This document shows positions 11,790 through 22,463 of a stretch of DNA of 64,000 bases, in pieces. The notes under the pieces were generated by a model. It was not told the DNA's origin. It searched no databases and saw only the letters and a list, made by a program, of their open reading frames with translations. Both the position numbers and the translations under genes were made by a program. The DNA is taken from contig DASYQE010000210.1 in the NCBI GenBank assembly GCA_036005805.1, forward strand, positions 17,061 through 81,060, in the 5' to 3' direction. Position 1 is the first letter of the stretch, and every line of letters begins with the position of its first letter. Origin of the DNA: Candidatus Polarisedimenticolia bacterium (GTDB lineage Bacteria > Acidobacteriota > Polarisedimenticolia > Gp22-AA2).

Positions 11790-12827
11790 ATGGAGCGGCC
11801 CGTCGCCCCACTCCGGCCCCAGGATCGCATCGTCGTCGTGAGGCTGGGCGCCGTCGGAGACGTCATCCGCGCGCTGCCGGCCGTTCATCGTCTCCGGCTG
11901 GCCTATCCGCGCGCCCACGTCGCCTGGATCGTCGAGGATCTCGCGGCGCCGCTTCTCCAGGGGCACCCCGACCTCGACGATGTCATCGTGCTGTCGCGCC
12001 GCGAGCTGCGGGAGGCCGGCCGGCGCCCGGCTCGGCTCCTGACGCTGGCGACGACGCTCCGGCGACGCTTCGCGAAGGAGCGGTACGACGTGGCCGTCGA
12101 TCTCCAGGCCTCGTTCAAGAGCGCGATCATCGCCTGCCTCACCGGGGCCCGACGCCGCGTGGGCTTCGCTCCGACGCATGCCCGGGAAGGCAGCTTTCTC
12201 TTCGCCGGCGAGTGGGCGCGACCGAGCTCGTCCGACCTCAACCGGGTCGACCGCAATCTCGAGATGGCGGCCCTGCTCGGAGCACCGGACGGACCGGTGA
12301 CGGCCGCGTTTCGGGAACAGGAGGCCGAGGCGGAGGAAGCCGGTCGCATCCTCGCGGGCCTGGGGTCGACGCGCGGCGCGCCGATCCTGCTCTGCCCCGG
12401 AGCCAGCCGCCGACAGGCCTACAAGCGCTGGCCCGCGGACGCCTGGGGCCACCTGGCGATCCTGCTCGCCGACGCGGGCCGAACCCCGGTCGTCGTCTGG
12501 GGCCCGGGCGAAGAGGAACTGGCGGCCGGGATCGAACGGCGGAGCGACGGCCGTGCGCGCCTGGCCCCGCCGACGAGTCTTCCGGTCCTGGCTGCCCTCC
12601 TGCGCCGCTCGGCCCTGTTCGTCGGCGCCGATACCGGTCCGATGCATCTCGCCTGGGCTGTGGGTTGTCGCGTCGTGGCGTTGTTCGGCCCAACCGACCC
12701 GCGGCTGAATGCGCCGGTCGGCCCGGGACACGCGGTGCTGATCGCGCCGGAGAGAGAGCTCGCGCGGCTCGCCCCCGAGATGGTCTGCGCCGCCGCGCTG
12801 CGCGCACTGGAGGCGGCCCGTCGATGA
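11790..12827 (+). CDS. Glycosyltransferase family 9 (LPS heptosyltransferase, WaaC/WaaF-like)
   Basis: RLGAVGDVIRALP N-terminus and FVGADTGPMHLAWAVGCRVVALFGPTDP C-terminal GT9 signature. Confidence 0.8.
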   Translation: MERPVAPLRPQDRIVVVRLGAVGDVIRALPAVHRLRLAYPRAHVAWIVEDLAAPLLQGHPDLDDVIVLSRRELREAGRRPARLLTLATTLRRRFAKERYDVAVDLQASFKSAIIACLTGARRRVGFAPTHAREGSFLFAGEWARPSSSDLNRVDRNLEMAALLGAPDGPVTAAFREQEAEAEEAGRILAGLGSTRGAPILLCPGASRRQAYKRWPADAWGHLAILLADAGRTPVVVWGPGEEELAAGIERRSDGRARLAPPTSLPVLAALLRRSALFVGADTGPMHLAWAVGCRVVALFGPTDPRLNAPVGPGHAVLIAPERELARLAPEMVCAAALRALEAARR

Positions 12828-13900
12828 CGGTCCCGATCGATCCGGAGCGGACGCGCCGCGTCCTCGTCCGCGCCAACAACTGGATCGGCGATGTGGTCAT
12901 GATCTCCCCCGCCGTGCGCGCCCTGCGGCGCCGCTTCCCCGCCGCGTCGATCGCCATCGTCGCCAAGCCCTGGGTGCTCGAAGCCCTGGCCGGCAACCCC
13001 TTCTACGACGAGCTCATCGAATACGACCCCGACGGGGCGCATCGCGGCGCGGGCGGGCGGCTCGCCCTGGCGCGCCGCCTCCGCGCGGGGGGACCTCTGG
13101 ATCTGGCCGTCCTCTTCCAGAAGGCGTTCGACGCGGCGCTTCTGGCCTGGCTGGCGCGGGCACGCATCCGGGTGGGCTATGCGACCGACGCGCGCAGCCT
13201 GCTGCTGACGCACGCGCTCCCTCCGCCGCCGCGCGAGCGCCATCACCTCGACGCCTTTCTCGATCTCGCCCGCGCCGTCGGCTGCACGGAGATCGATCCC
13301 GTCCCGGTGTTCCATCTGGGTGCGGCCGAGCGCGCCTTTGCCGAGGAACTCCTGGACCGGCGCGGGTTCGCGGAGACCGACTCCGTGGTGGTGGCGCTCC
13401 ATCCGGGAGCCTCCAAGACGCCGCGCGCGTGGCACGCCGAACGCTTCGCCGAGCTGGCGCGACGCCTCAAGACGCGACTGGGCGCCCGCTTCGTCCTCCT
13501 CGGCGGGCCGGGCGAGGAGCCGGTCGTGCGGCAGGTCCACGCCCTCCTCGAGCCCGATGATTTCATCGCCCCCGCGGAAGCGCCGGGGTTGCGCCAGGCG
13601 GCCGCCCTCATGGCGCGCTGCCGGCTGTTCGTCGGCAACGACAGCGGACCGATGCACCTGGCGGCGGCGCTCGACGTGCCGACGATCGGGCTGTTCGGTC
13701 CGGGGCTGCCGCGCAACACCGGACCGCGGGGCCGCGCCGGCCGCGTCGTGACGATCGGCCGGGACTATCCCTGCGCGCCGTGCCGCCAGGATTTCTTCCA
13801 CGAGTGTCCGCCCGCTCCTTCGGGAAAACCGTTCTGCCTCGAGGAAATCGGAGTGGACGAAGTGGAGGCGGCGGCGCTGCGACTGCTGGGAACCGCCTAG
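12824..13900 (+). CDS. Glycosyltransferase family 9 (second LPS heptosyltransferase)
   Basis: ANNWIGDVVMISPAVRAL and FVGNDSGPMHLAAALDVPTIGLFGP motifs. ATGA overlap with the upstream GT9 gene. Confidence 0.8.
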   Translation: MTVPIDPERTRRVLVRANNWIGDVVMISPAVRALRRRFPAASIAIVAKPWVLEALAGNPFYDELIEYDPDGAHRGAGGRLALARRLRAGGPLDLAVLFQKAFDAALLAWLARARIRVGYATDARSLLLTHALPPPPRERHHLDAFLDLARAVGCTEIDPVPVFHLGAAERAFAEELLDRRGFAETDSVVVALHPGASKTPRAWHAERFAELARRLKTRLGARFVLLGGPGEEPVVRQVHALLEPDDFIAPAEAPGLRQAAALMARCRLFVGNDSGPMHLAAALDVPTIGLFGPGLPRNTGPRGRAGRVVTIGRDYPCAPCRQDFFHECPPAPSGKPFCLEEIGVDEVEAAALRLLGTA

Positions 13901-13904
13901 GCTC

Positions 13905-14600
13905 CTAGGAGCCCGCCATCGCCCGGCCGCGACGCCACGCCAGCCGGTGCAGGCGAAAGCGCGCGGCCGCACCGAGGTCGCTCAGCAGGCGCCGGTACAT
14001 CGCCTGATCGGTCCCGCAGTACGCCCGCAGGAAGGCGAACGCATCCCGGCGATCGAGCGGGCTCGCGGGGCCGATCCACTTCTCGTAGGAGCGCAGCAGG
14101 CGCCTCAGGTTCCGGCGCCGCGCGCCGAGGCTCACCGTTTTTCTGAAGTGGCCCCCGTCCAGGTCGATGACGTGCACCTCGCTCGCTCCCGCCGGAGACA
14201 CCCGTTCGCCGCCGTCCGCGACCACGAGGTTGCCGAGGTTGAGGTCGGCGTGCACGAAACCGGCGTCGTGCAGCGCTCGCACGCTCCGCCCGGCGCCGCG
14301 GGCCAGCCGGCGGCGCCGGCGCGCCAGCGGCTGCTCTCCGAGAAGGGCCTGCAGGCTGGCGCCCCGGGGGATGGCTTCCGTGACCAGGACGTAGGCCCAC
14401 AGGGGGCCGTGGACGACGCGGCAGCCGGCGGCGAGAACGTCCGGAGTGGCCACGCCCGCAGCGCGAAGACGCTCCGCCGCCTCGACGGCGCGACGGGCGC
14501 GGCCGTCGCGCCAGAACAAGCCACCCAGGAGCGAGCCGGCGAGGCCTCCGTGCAGCCCGCGCTTGGCATAGGCGGCGCGTCCGGCGAGCACGAGGGTCAT
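13905..14600 (-). CDS. Lipopolysaccharide kinase family protein (Kdo kinase or WaaP-like)
   Basis: GFVHADLNLGNLVV and IDLDGG motifs of the LPS kinase fold. Start taken at the internal ATG (MTLVLAG); the longer track ORF collides with tatC. Confidence 0.6.
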   Translation of the reverse strand: MTLVLAGRAAYAKRGLHGGLAGSLLGGLFWRDGRARRAVEAAERLRAAGVATPDVLAAGCRVVHGPLWAYVLVTEAIPRGASLQALLGEQPLARRRRRLARGAGRSVRALHDAGFVHADLNLGNLVVADGGERVSPAGASEVHVIDLDGGHFRKTVSLGARRRNLRRLLRSYEKWIGPASPLDRRDAFAFLRAYCGTDQAMYRRLLSDLGAAARFRLHRLAWRRGRAMAGS

Positions 14601-14761
14601 CACCGATCCCCGCCCGGTGCCGGGCGGGCCCTGCGGCGGGGGCTCCCCTTCGAGGAGCGCGGCGGCGGGCGAAGCCGCGAGCGACCCTGAGAGTCCGGGC
14701 CGCACGCGCCACAGACGTTGCGCCGATCGCAGCGTTTCGTAGCCGGGCAGATCGATGCCGG

Positions 14762-15553
14762 TCACGGCGCGGCAGCGGTCTCCGCCCGGCGCGGCGCTTC
14801 CGCGCGGCGCGGCCGGCCGAAGACGTGCGCGACCAGGATGCTGATCAGATAGAGCCCGATCATCGGAGCGGCGAACAGGCACTGCGTCACGACGTCCGGC
14901 GTCGGCGTGACCACCGCGGCGACGATGAAGATGATCAGGATGGCGTAGTTGAAACGGCGCCAGAGGAACCGCGGCGTCACCAGGCCCAGCCGCGCCAGGA
15001 AGTAGATGACCGTCGGCAGCTCGAACACCAGGCCCATGCCCAGGATGATGCGGCTCTCGAAGGTGAACAGGCTGCTGATGCGCAGGTTGGGCTGGAAATC
15101 CCCGGCGATCGAAAGCAGGAAGCGGGCCGCCGACGGGAAGCCGATGAAATAGCCGAACGCCCCGCCCAGCACGAAGAACACCGTCGCGAACAGAACGAAG
15201 GGGAAGGCCATGCGCCGCTCTCGCGGATACAGCCCCGGAGCGATGAAGGCCCACAACTGGTACAGAACGAACGGGGCCGACAGGAACATCGACGCGAGGA
15301 ATCCGACCTTCATGTAGAGGACGAAGGGCTCGGTGAGATCGAGGAAAACCGGCTTCTGCTCGCCGAGGAAGGGTCGGATCGGTCTCAGGCAGTACTCGAG
15401 GATGGCGCGCGCCTGGGTCAGCGCCAGCGCGAACGCGAGGGCGATGGCCGCGAGGCTGTAGAGCAGACGACGCCGCAGCTCGTCGAGGTGATCGAGGAAC
15501 CCCATGACCGGAAGGTCAGTGGGTTGGCTGGGGCTCTTCTGGCTCTCGGGCAT
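14762..15553 (-). CDS. tatC: Twin-arginine translocase subunit TatC
   Basis: FLDHLDELRRRL N-terminus and six transmembrane segments. An alternative start at 15505 (MGFLDHL) is possible. Confidence 0.85.
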   Translation of the reverse strand: MPESQKSPSQPTDLPVMGFLDHLDELRRRLLYSLAAIALAFALALTQARAILEYCLRPIRPFLGEQKPVFLDLTEPFVLYMKVGFLASMFLSAPFVLYQLWAFIAPGLYPRERRMAFPFVLFATVFFVLGGAFGYFIGFPSAARFLLSIAGDFQPNLRISSLFTFESRIILGMGLVFELPTVIYFLARLGLVTPRFLWRRFNYAILIIFIVAAVVTPTPDVVTQCLFAAPMIGLYLISILVAHVFGRPRRAEAPRRAETAAAP

Positions 15554-15887
15554 CGACGGCCGCCGGGACGGCGGCGGGGGCGAGGGCAGACGCGGAGTCG
15601 GAGGCGGCCGCGCTCGTGCCGGTCGATTCGAGCGTTCCGGGAGGGGCGGAGCCTGCGGCCGGCAGGGCCGCGGCCGGAAGCGAGGACGCCTGCGGGGCGG
15701 TTCCCTCGCGCGCCACCTCGGTCTCCAGCGAGTCGCGCAGATCGTTCGCAGCCCGACGGAATTCCGCCAGTCCCTTTCCCAGCGATTTCCCGAGCTCCGG
15801 AAGCTTGCGCGGCCCGAAGATGAGCAGGGCCACCACGAAGATGAGCAGGAGCTCCGGACCTCCAATCGACCCGAACATGCGACGCAT
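15516..15887 (-). CDS. tatA: Twin-arginine translocase subunit TatA/E
   Basis: MFGSIGGPELLLIFVVALLIFGPRKLPELGKSLGKGLAEFRRA, followed by a low-complexity tail. Confidence 0.8.
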   Translation of the reverse strand: MRRMFGSIGGPELLLIFVVALLIFGPRKLPELGKSLGKGLAEFRRAANDLRDSLETEVAREGTAPQASSLPAAALPAAGSAPPGTLESTGTSAAASDSASALAPAAVPAAVDAREPEEPQPTH

Positions 15888-15921
15888 CTTAGCACTGCCC
15901 GGAAAACCCCGATTTCCTTCC

Positions 15922-15950
15922 TTGTGCGGGGGCGATCGTCGCCCTATAAT
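15922..15950 (+). promoter_or_regulatory. Putative promoter TTGTGC-N17-TATAAT upstream of ctpA
   Basis: A perfect TATAAT at 15945 to 15950, then an AAGGAGG Shine-Dalgarno and the GTG start at 15973. Confidence 0.4.
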
Positions 15951-15972
15951 TCCGCGGAGCCAAGGAGGTCGA

Positions 15973-17541
15973 GTGAGCCGTCGTTCCATCCTGACCGGGG
16001 TCGTTTTTGTCCTTTCCGGAGGACTGGCAGGCGGACTCCTCGGCGGCCGATCCCTGGCCCTCCCGGAGCGGGGGGGGGATCCGGTCGGCACCTTCACCCA
16101 GCTCCTCTCGGTGGTCCAGTCCAGGGCCGCCGGCAACGTCGATTCCCAGGCTGTGATCGAGGGGGCCATCCGTGGGATGGTCCGAACCCTCGACCCGCAC
16201 ACGAACTACCTCGACGCCGAGGACTACAAGCACATGCTGGAGGAGCAGCAGGGCTCCTTCTCCGGGCTCGGCATCGTCATCTCCAAGCCGGGGCACGACA
16301 AGCCCCTCACGGTCATCTCCCCCCTCGACGGAACCCCGGCGTGGACCGCCGGGATCCGCGCCGGCGACGTCATCTCGCAGATCGAGGGGACCGACACGCT
16401 CGACATGGCGATCGATGAGGCGCTGCGGCGCCTGAAGGGACCGAAGGGGACGCAGGTCACCATCACGGTCACGCGCCCCGGGGACGAGGAGCCGCTCCAC
16501 TTCACGCTGACGCGCGACGACATCCCGACCTACAGCATCCGCTACGCCTTCATGGCGCGCCCGGGCGTCGGGTACATCAAGATCGAGAACTTCACCCGCA
16601 CCACCGAGCGCGAGATGGAGGAGAAGATCCAGGCGCTGCGTCGCGAGGGCATGACCCAGCTCGTGCTCGACCTGCGCCGCAACCCCGGCGGGCTTCTCGA
16701 GCAGGCGGTGCGCGTCGCCGATCAATTCCTGCGCAAGGGCCAGATGGTCGTCTACACGCAGGGACGCATCCGCGGTTCGGACATGGAATACCGGGCCTCC
16801 GGCGGCGGCCGCCATCCCGACCTGCCGATCGTCGTCCTGGTGGACAAGTTCAGCGCCAGCGCTTCGGAGATCGTCTCCGGCGCGCTGCAGGACCACGACC
16901 GCGCCCTCATCGTCGGCAAACCGACGTGGGGGAAGGGACTGGTGCAGACCGTTTACCCGCTGAGCCAGGGGACGGCCCTGGCGCTCACCACGGCGCGCTA
17001 CTACACGCCGAGCGGCCGGCTCATCCAGCGCGATTACAACTCCCTCGAGGATTACCTGTCCTACGAGGACAGCGACGCCACCGAGCCGCCGCATGGCGAG
17101 GTGCGGCAGACCGACGCCGGCCGCACGGTGTACGGCGGCGGAGGCATCCGGCCCGACGTCCTGGTGGACCGCGAGGCGACCTCCAAGTTCATCGACACGC
17201 TGCAGCGCAACCAGGCCTTCTTCAACTTCGCGGTGGACTACAACACCCACCACAAGGGGCTGGCCAAGGGCTTCGACGTCACGTCGGACATGGTGGACGA
17301 CTTCCTCTCGTTCCTCGACCGGCGCAAGGTGACCTGGACCAAGACGGAAGTCGACGCCGATCGGGACCGGCTGCGCTCGGAGATTCGCCAGGCGATCTCC
17401 TCCACGCTGTGGGGCATGGAAGAGGGCTACCGCGTGTCCATGGAGATCGACAAGCAGATGCAGCGCGCCCTCGAGCTGTTCCCCGAGGCGCAGCAGCTCG
17501 CCGCCCTGCCGCGGGCGCCGAAGCCGACCGTCTCGCAGTAG
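15973..17541 (+). CDS. ctpA: Carboxyl-terminal processing protease (S41 family, with PDZ domain)
   Basis: GTG start after AAGGAGG. S41 features include the PDZ region GLGIVIS... and LVLDLRRNPGGLLEQAV. Confidence 0.85.
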   Translation: MSRRSILTGVVFVLSGGLAGGLLGGRSLALPERGGDPVGTFTQLLSVVQSRAAGNVDSQAVIEGAIRGMVRTLDPHTNYLDAEDYKHMLEEQQGSFSGLGIVISKPGHDKPLTVISPLDGTPAWTAGIRAGDVISQIEGTDTLDMAIDEALRRLKGPKGTQVTITVTRPGDEEPLHFTLTRDDIPTYSIRYAFMARPGVGYIKIENFTRTTEREMEEKIQALRREGMTQLVLDLRRNPGGLLEQAVRVADQFLRKGQMVVYTQGRIRGSDMEYRASGGGRHPDLPIVVLVDKFSASASEIVSGALQDHDRALIVGKPTWGKGLVQTVYPLSQGTALALTTARYYTPSGRLIQRDYNSLEDYLSYEDSDATEPPHGEVRQTDAGRTVYGGGGIRPDVLVDREATSKFIDTLQRNQAFFNFAVDYNTHHKGLAKGFDVTSDMVDDFLSFLDRRKVTWTKTEVDADRDRLRSEIRQAISSTLWGMEEGYRVSMEIDKQMQRALELFPEAQQLAALPRAPKPTVSQ

Positions 17542-17626
17542 GACGCGCCGCCGCGCCGGCGGAGCGCTTCGATCCTCCCTGGCTCCCTTGTCATCTCGAG
17601 ACCGCGTGACGAGTCGTGAAGGCGCT

Positions 17627-18298
17627 TCAGCCGGCCAGCGCGATGTGCCGGGTCTGCTCGGCGAACGGCCGGGCGTGGAACCGCCGCAGCTCAGCGTGGC
17701 GCGCCACCGCCGTCAGCCGATCGAGCCAGCGGACATAGCGTGACGCCAGGCGCGCCGCCTCGAGGTAGCGGACCGATTCGGCGTCGCCGCCGTCCGCGTA
17801 CTTCTCGAACAGGTGGTGCCTGGTCCAGGCGCGGTGGAACTCCGAGATGCGCCGGCGCCCCGTCAGGCGCCCGAGCAGGTGCAGCACGACGAGGTACTTG
17901 GTGACCAGCGCGTGCATCTCCAGCTCCAGCAGGCGCAGCGGACGGCCCGAGGCAAGGCGGCTGGCCACGGTCAGGAGGTGATCGAGCTCCTCGACGAGCA
18001 TGGCGAAGGCGTCGATGTTCCGATCGTCGAGGCCGCGCCGCGGATCGTGCCGCTCCAGATGGGTGACCAGCGCGTCGGGATAGTAAATGACCGCCCGCAT
18101 GCCTTCTCCCTCCGGCCGCAGCAGGAGGCGCGGCCGGCCCGGCTCCCCCGCCGTCTCCGCTCCGGCGCGCGCCATCGCCCGGAGGCCGGCATCGCCGATG
18201 AGATATGGCGCCACATCGCCGACGAGCGGCTCCAGGCCGTAGGTGCGCTCGATGATCGACTGCAGGGCGGGAACGAGGGGGAGCTGGCGGGCCGTCAC
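17627..18298 (-). CDS. Hypothetical protein of about 223 aa with no recognised domain, translationally coupled to the upstream AAA+ ATPase
   Basis: Its GTG start at 18298 overlaps the AAA+ stop as GTGA. An internal ATG (MRAVIYY) at 18100 is an alternative. The longer 505-aa track ORF is out of frame with the AAA+ gene and is rejected. Confidence 0.45.
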   Translation of the reverse strand: MTARQLPLVPALQSIIERTYGLEPLVGDVAPYLIGDAGLRAMARAGAETAGEPGRPRLLLRPEGEGMRAVIYYPDALVTHLERHDPRRGLDDRNIDAFAMLVEELDHLLTVASRLASGRPLRLLELEMHALVTKYLVVLHLLGRLTGRRRISEFHRAWTRHHLFEKYADGGDAESVRYLEAARLASRYVRWLDRLTAVARHAELRRFHARPFAEQTRHIALAG

Positions 18299-20202
18299 GC
18301 CGGCCTTTCGCGATAGACGAACTGATCCCGCCGGTAATCGATGACGAGGCGGCGTCCGCTCCGTTCCGGGCGGAGTTCCGCCTCGACCATGCCGGACAAC
18401 GCTTCGAGATCGACCGCCCGCTCCCCGCGCCGCGCCTCGCGGATCAGCCGGATCAGCCGGCGGCGCGCGTCGGTCATCGACAGGCCGGCCGGTCGCAGGC
18501 GGATCTGCACCTCGACGTTGCACACGCGATCGACGCGACCCACCAGGTTGCGCGCTCCTTCCTCGGGCGTGAATCCCTGCGCGAGGAGCGCCTGCCGGGC
18601 CGCCGGGCGCACTTCCAGTCGGACGCCGTGACGCTTCTGGAACCGCTCGGCCAGCCGGCCGATCTCGAGATCGAGGATCCGTCCCGCCGAGGCGCGCCCG
18701 AGCGGGCGGAAGTGGATGACCTGGAGGCGGGCCAGGAACTCGGGCGCCAGGCCGCGCCGCAGGGCGCGCGCCGCGTCGCGGCGCCGTCCCGACCCGCCCG
18801 CCGCGTATCCGATCGGCGCCTGGCGCATCTCGATCTCGCTGTAGCCGGCGTTCGAGGTGAAGGCGAGGAGAGTCGCCGGGAACTTCAGGAGCCGCCCGCG
18901 ATTGTCCATGGTCGAGCCGCGATCCATGAGGGACAGGAAGAACCGCATCAACTGCGGATGAGCCTTCTCCGCCTCGTCCACCAGCAGCACCGACAGGGGC
19001 GCCCGCCGGGCGCGATCGTGGAACTCGGCGAGCAGACCCTCCTCGTCGCTGCGGATGAAGCCGCGCGTCGCTCCCTTGAGCTCGTTGACGTCGGAGGGAT
19101 AGGCGTACTGCGGCCCCTCGAGGAGCAGGGTGGGGACCTCGCACCCCCAGGCGGCTTCGAGACGCCGCGCCAGCGACTCCATGAGATGGTTCTTCCCCAC
19201 CCCGGTCGGCCCCACGAGGAAATAGCTGAGCGGGCGCTGGCGATCCCGCATGCCGGCGGCGAAGACGCTCAGGTCGTCGCAGAGACGGTGGACCGCTTCG
19301 TCCTGGTCGACGACGTCCTCGCCCAGGTCCTGCCGCAGCTTCTCGAGATCGAGCGTGCGCAGGAGCAGCGTGCGCTCGAAGCGGGCGAGGCGCATGTCCC
19401 GGTCGGTCTCCGGTCCTTCCTCCTCGGCCGCGACCGCGGGCCGGGGCTGAGGCTCAGGCGCCGGGCGGGGGCCGCCGCGTTCCGCTCCACGACCGGCGCG
19501 GGGACGGCGGGGTGCAACCGGCGCCAGAGCGGCGCCCGAGGCGACCGGAGGCTCCGTCGCGGGCGGCGGGGCGGCCCGACCGTCGCCGCCCGGAAGGGAG
19601 GGAGCGGCCTCGGACTCGCGCCACGCCTGCAGGATGCGCGCGTACAGATCGAACCGGCTGGCGCACTGCCGCAGGAACAGCACCTCCTCGTCGAGCGGAA
19701 GCTGTCCGATGCGGTTGCGCTCGAAGTGCTCGCGCAGCATGCGATCGTCGGCGAGCAGATTGAGCACCTGTCCCGCCAGGTCATAGGAGCGCGGGCCGAT
19801 CTCCTGGAGCGGCAAGCCGCGATAGGTCGTCCGTCCGGCCACGCCGACGTCGTAGAGACACTTGTCGCCGCAGGAACGGAGCGCCTCCGGGACGCTCCAG
19901 ACCCTCAGCGCCGCGGCGTTACGCGTCGCATCGCTGGATTGGCCTGCCGGCAGCAGCCAGGCGGCCGGACGGGGGTCCCCCGCGAGCACCCGGTCCAGGG
20001 TCCCCTGGTCGTATTCACGCCGCAACAGCGGAGTCCTGCGGGTCAGAAGGTCGAGAAGGTGGCGGACATCGAGGTCGTCGAATGCGGCGGACCCGGCCAG
20101 ACGCTCCGCGAGTTCCCTGAGCCTGGCCTCCAAGGCTCCGGGAGTCAGATCCTCGAACGAACCGCGGTGAACCGTCATAAGGATCGGGGTCCATGTCTGC
20201 AC
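18295..20202 (-). CDS. Single-domain AAA+ ATPase (AAA_2 / ClpX-HslU-ClpB-D2-like) with an unknown roughly 200-aa N-terminal domain and a Pro/Ala-rich linker
   Basis: Walker A (FLVGPTGVGKNH), Walker B (VLLVDEAEKAHP), sensor-1 (FTSN), sensor-2 (EEGARNL) and a ClpB_D2-small-like C-terminus are present. The N-terminal 200 aa match nothing I recognise. Confidence 0.8.
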   Translation of the reverse strand: MQTWTPILMTVHRGSFEDLTPGALEARLRELAERLAGSAAFDDLDVRHLLDLLTRRTPLLRREYDQGTLDRVLAGDPRPAAWLLPAGQSSDATRNAAALRVWSVPEALRSCGDKCLYDVGVAGRTTYRGLPLQEIGPRSYDLAGQVLNLLADDRMLREHFERNRIGQLPLDEEVLFLRQCASRFDLYARILQAWRESEAAPSLPGGDGRAAPPPATEPPVASGAALAPVAPRRPRAGRGAERGGPRPAPEPQPRPAVAAEEEGPETDRDMRLARFERTLLLRTLDLEKLRQDLGEDVVDQDEAVHRLCDDLSVFAAGMRDRQRPLSYFLVGPTGVGKNHLMESLARRLEAAWGCEVPTLLLEGPQYAYPSDVNELKGATRGFIRSDEEGLLAEFHDRARRAPLSVLLVDEAEKAHPQLMRFFLSLMDRGSTMDNRGRLLKFPATLLAFTSNAGYSEIEMRQAPIGYAAGGSGRRRDAARALRRGLAPEFLARLQVIHFRPLGRASAGRILDLEIGRLAERFQKRHGVRLEVRPAARQALLAQGFTPEEGARNLVGRVDRVCNVEVQIRLRPAGLSMTDARRRLIRLIREARRGERAVDLEALSGMVEAELRPERSGRRLVIDYRRDQFVYRERPA

Positions 20203-20256
20203 CCCGCCGAAATCATAGGTCCCCCGTGGGGTCCCGCAAGTCCAGCCAGGCCTGAC

Positions 20257-20285
20257 TTGACAGTCAGAATTGTCGTCGGTACTAT
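20257..20285 (+). promoter_or_regulatory. groES sigma-70-like promoter TTGACA-N17-TACTAT
   Basis: Lies immediately upstream of, and abuts, the CIRCE element. Confidence 0.45.
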
Positions 20286-20311
20286 TGGCACTCGTCGGGA
20301 GAGAGTGCTAA
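20285..20311 (+). promoter_or_regulatory. CIRCE operator (HrcA binding site): TTGGCACTC-N9-GAGTGCTAA
   Basis: Matches the consensus TTAGCACTC-N9-GAGTGCTAA with one mismatch, about 55 nt upstream of the groES start. Confidence 0.85.
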
Positions 20312-20365
20312 CAGCGCCTGCCCGACACCCCAAGAACCTTGAAAAGAAAGGAGGAGGTCATTCCG

Positions 20366-22301
<1,936 letters not shown>

Positions 22302-22347
22302 GGCCTCCCCGGCCGGCCATTCTCGGCCGACCACCGGTTCCAACCGA

Positions 22348-22383
22348 CCGCCCCGTGGCGCGCGCCGCGGGGCGGTTTTTTTT
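22348..22383 (+). terminator. Rho-independent terminator after groEL: GC-rich hairpin plus an 8-T run
   Basis: CCGCCCCGTGGCGCGCGCCGCGGGGCGG followed by TTTTTTTT. Confidence 0.8.
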
Positions 22384-22463
22384 GGCCCGGGGCGCGGACT
22401 CTTCGCGATCCGGGTGTTAAAATGAGGACTCATTCCGGGGGTTGATTTCGAGGAGGTGGCCTC

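Noticed and set aside
17627-19144. 505-aa track ORF overlapping the 3' half of the AAA+ gene
   Set aside because: Its upstream 280 codons lie in a different frame over the AAA+ coding region. Only the last 223 codons, starting at a GTG that overlaps the AAA+ stop, form a plausible gene.
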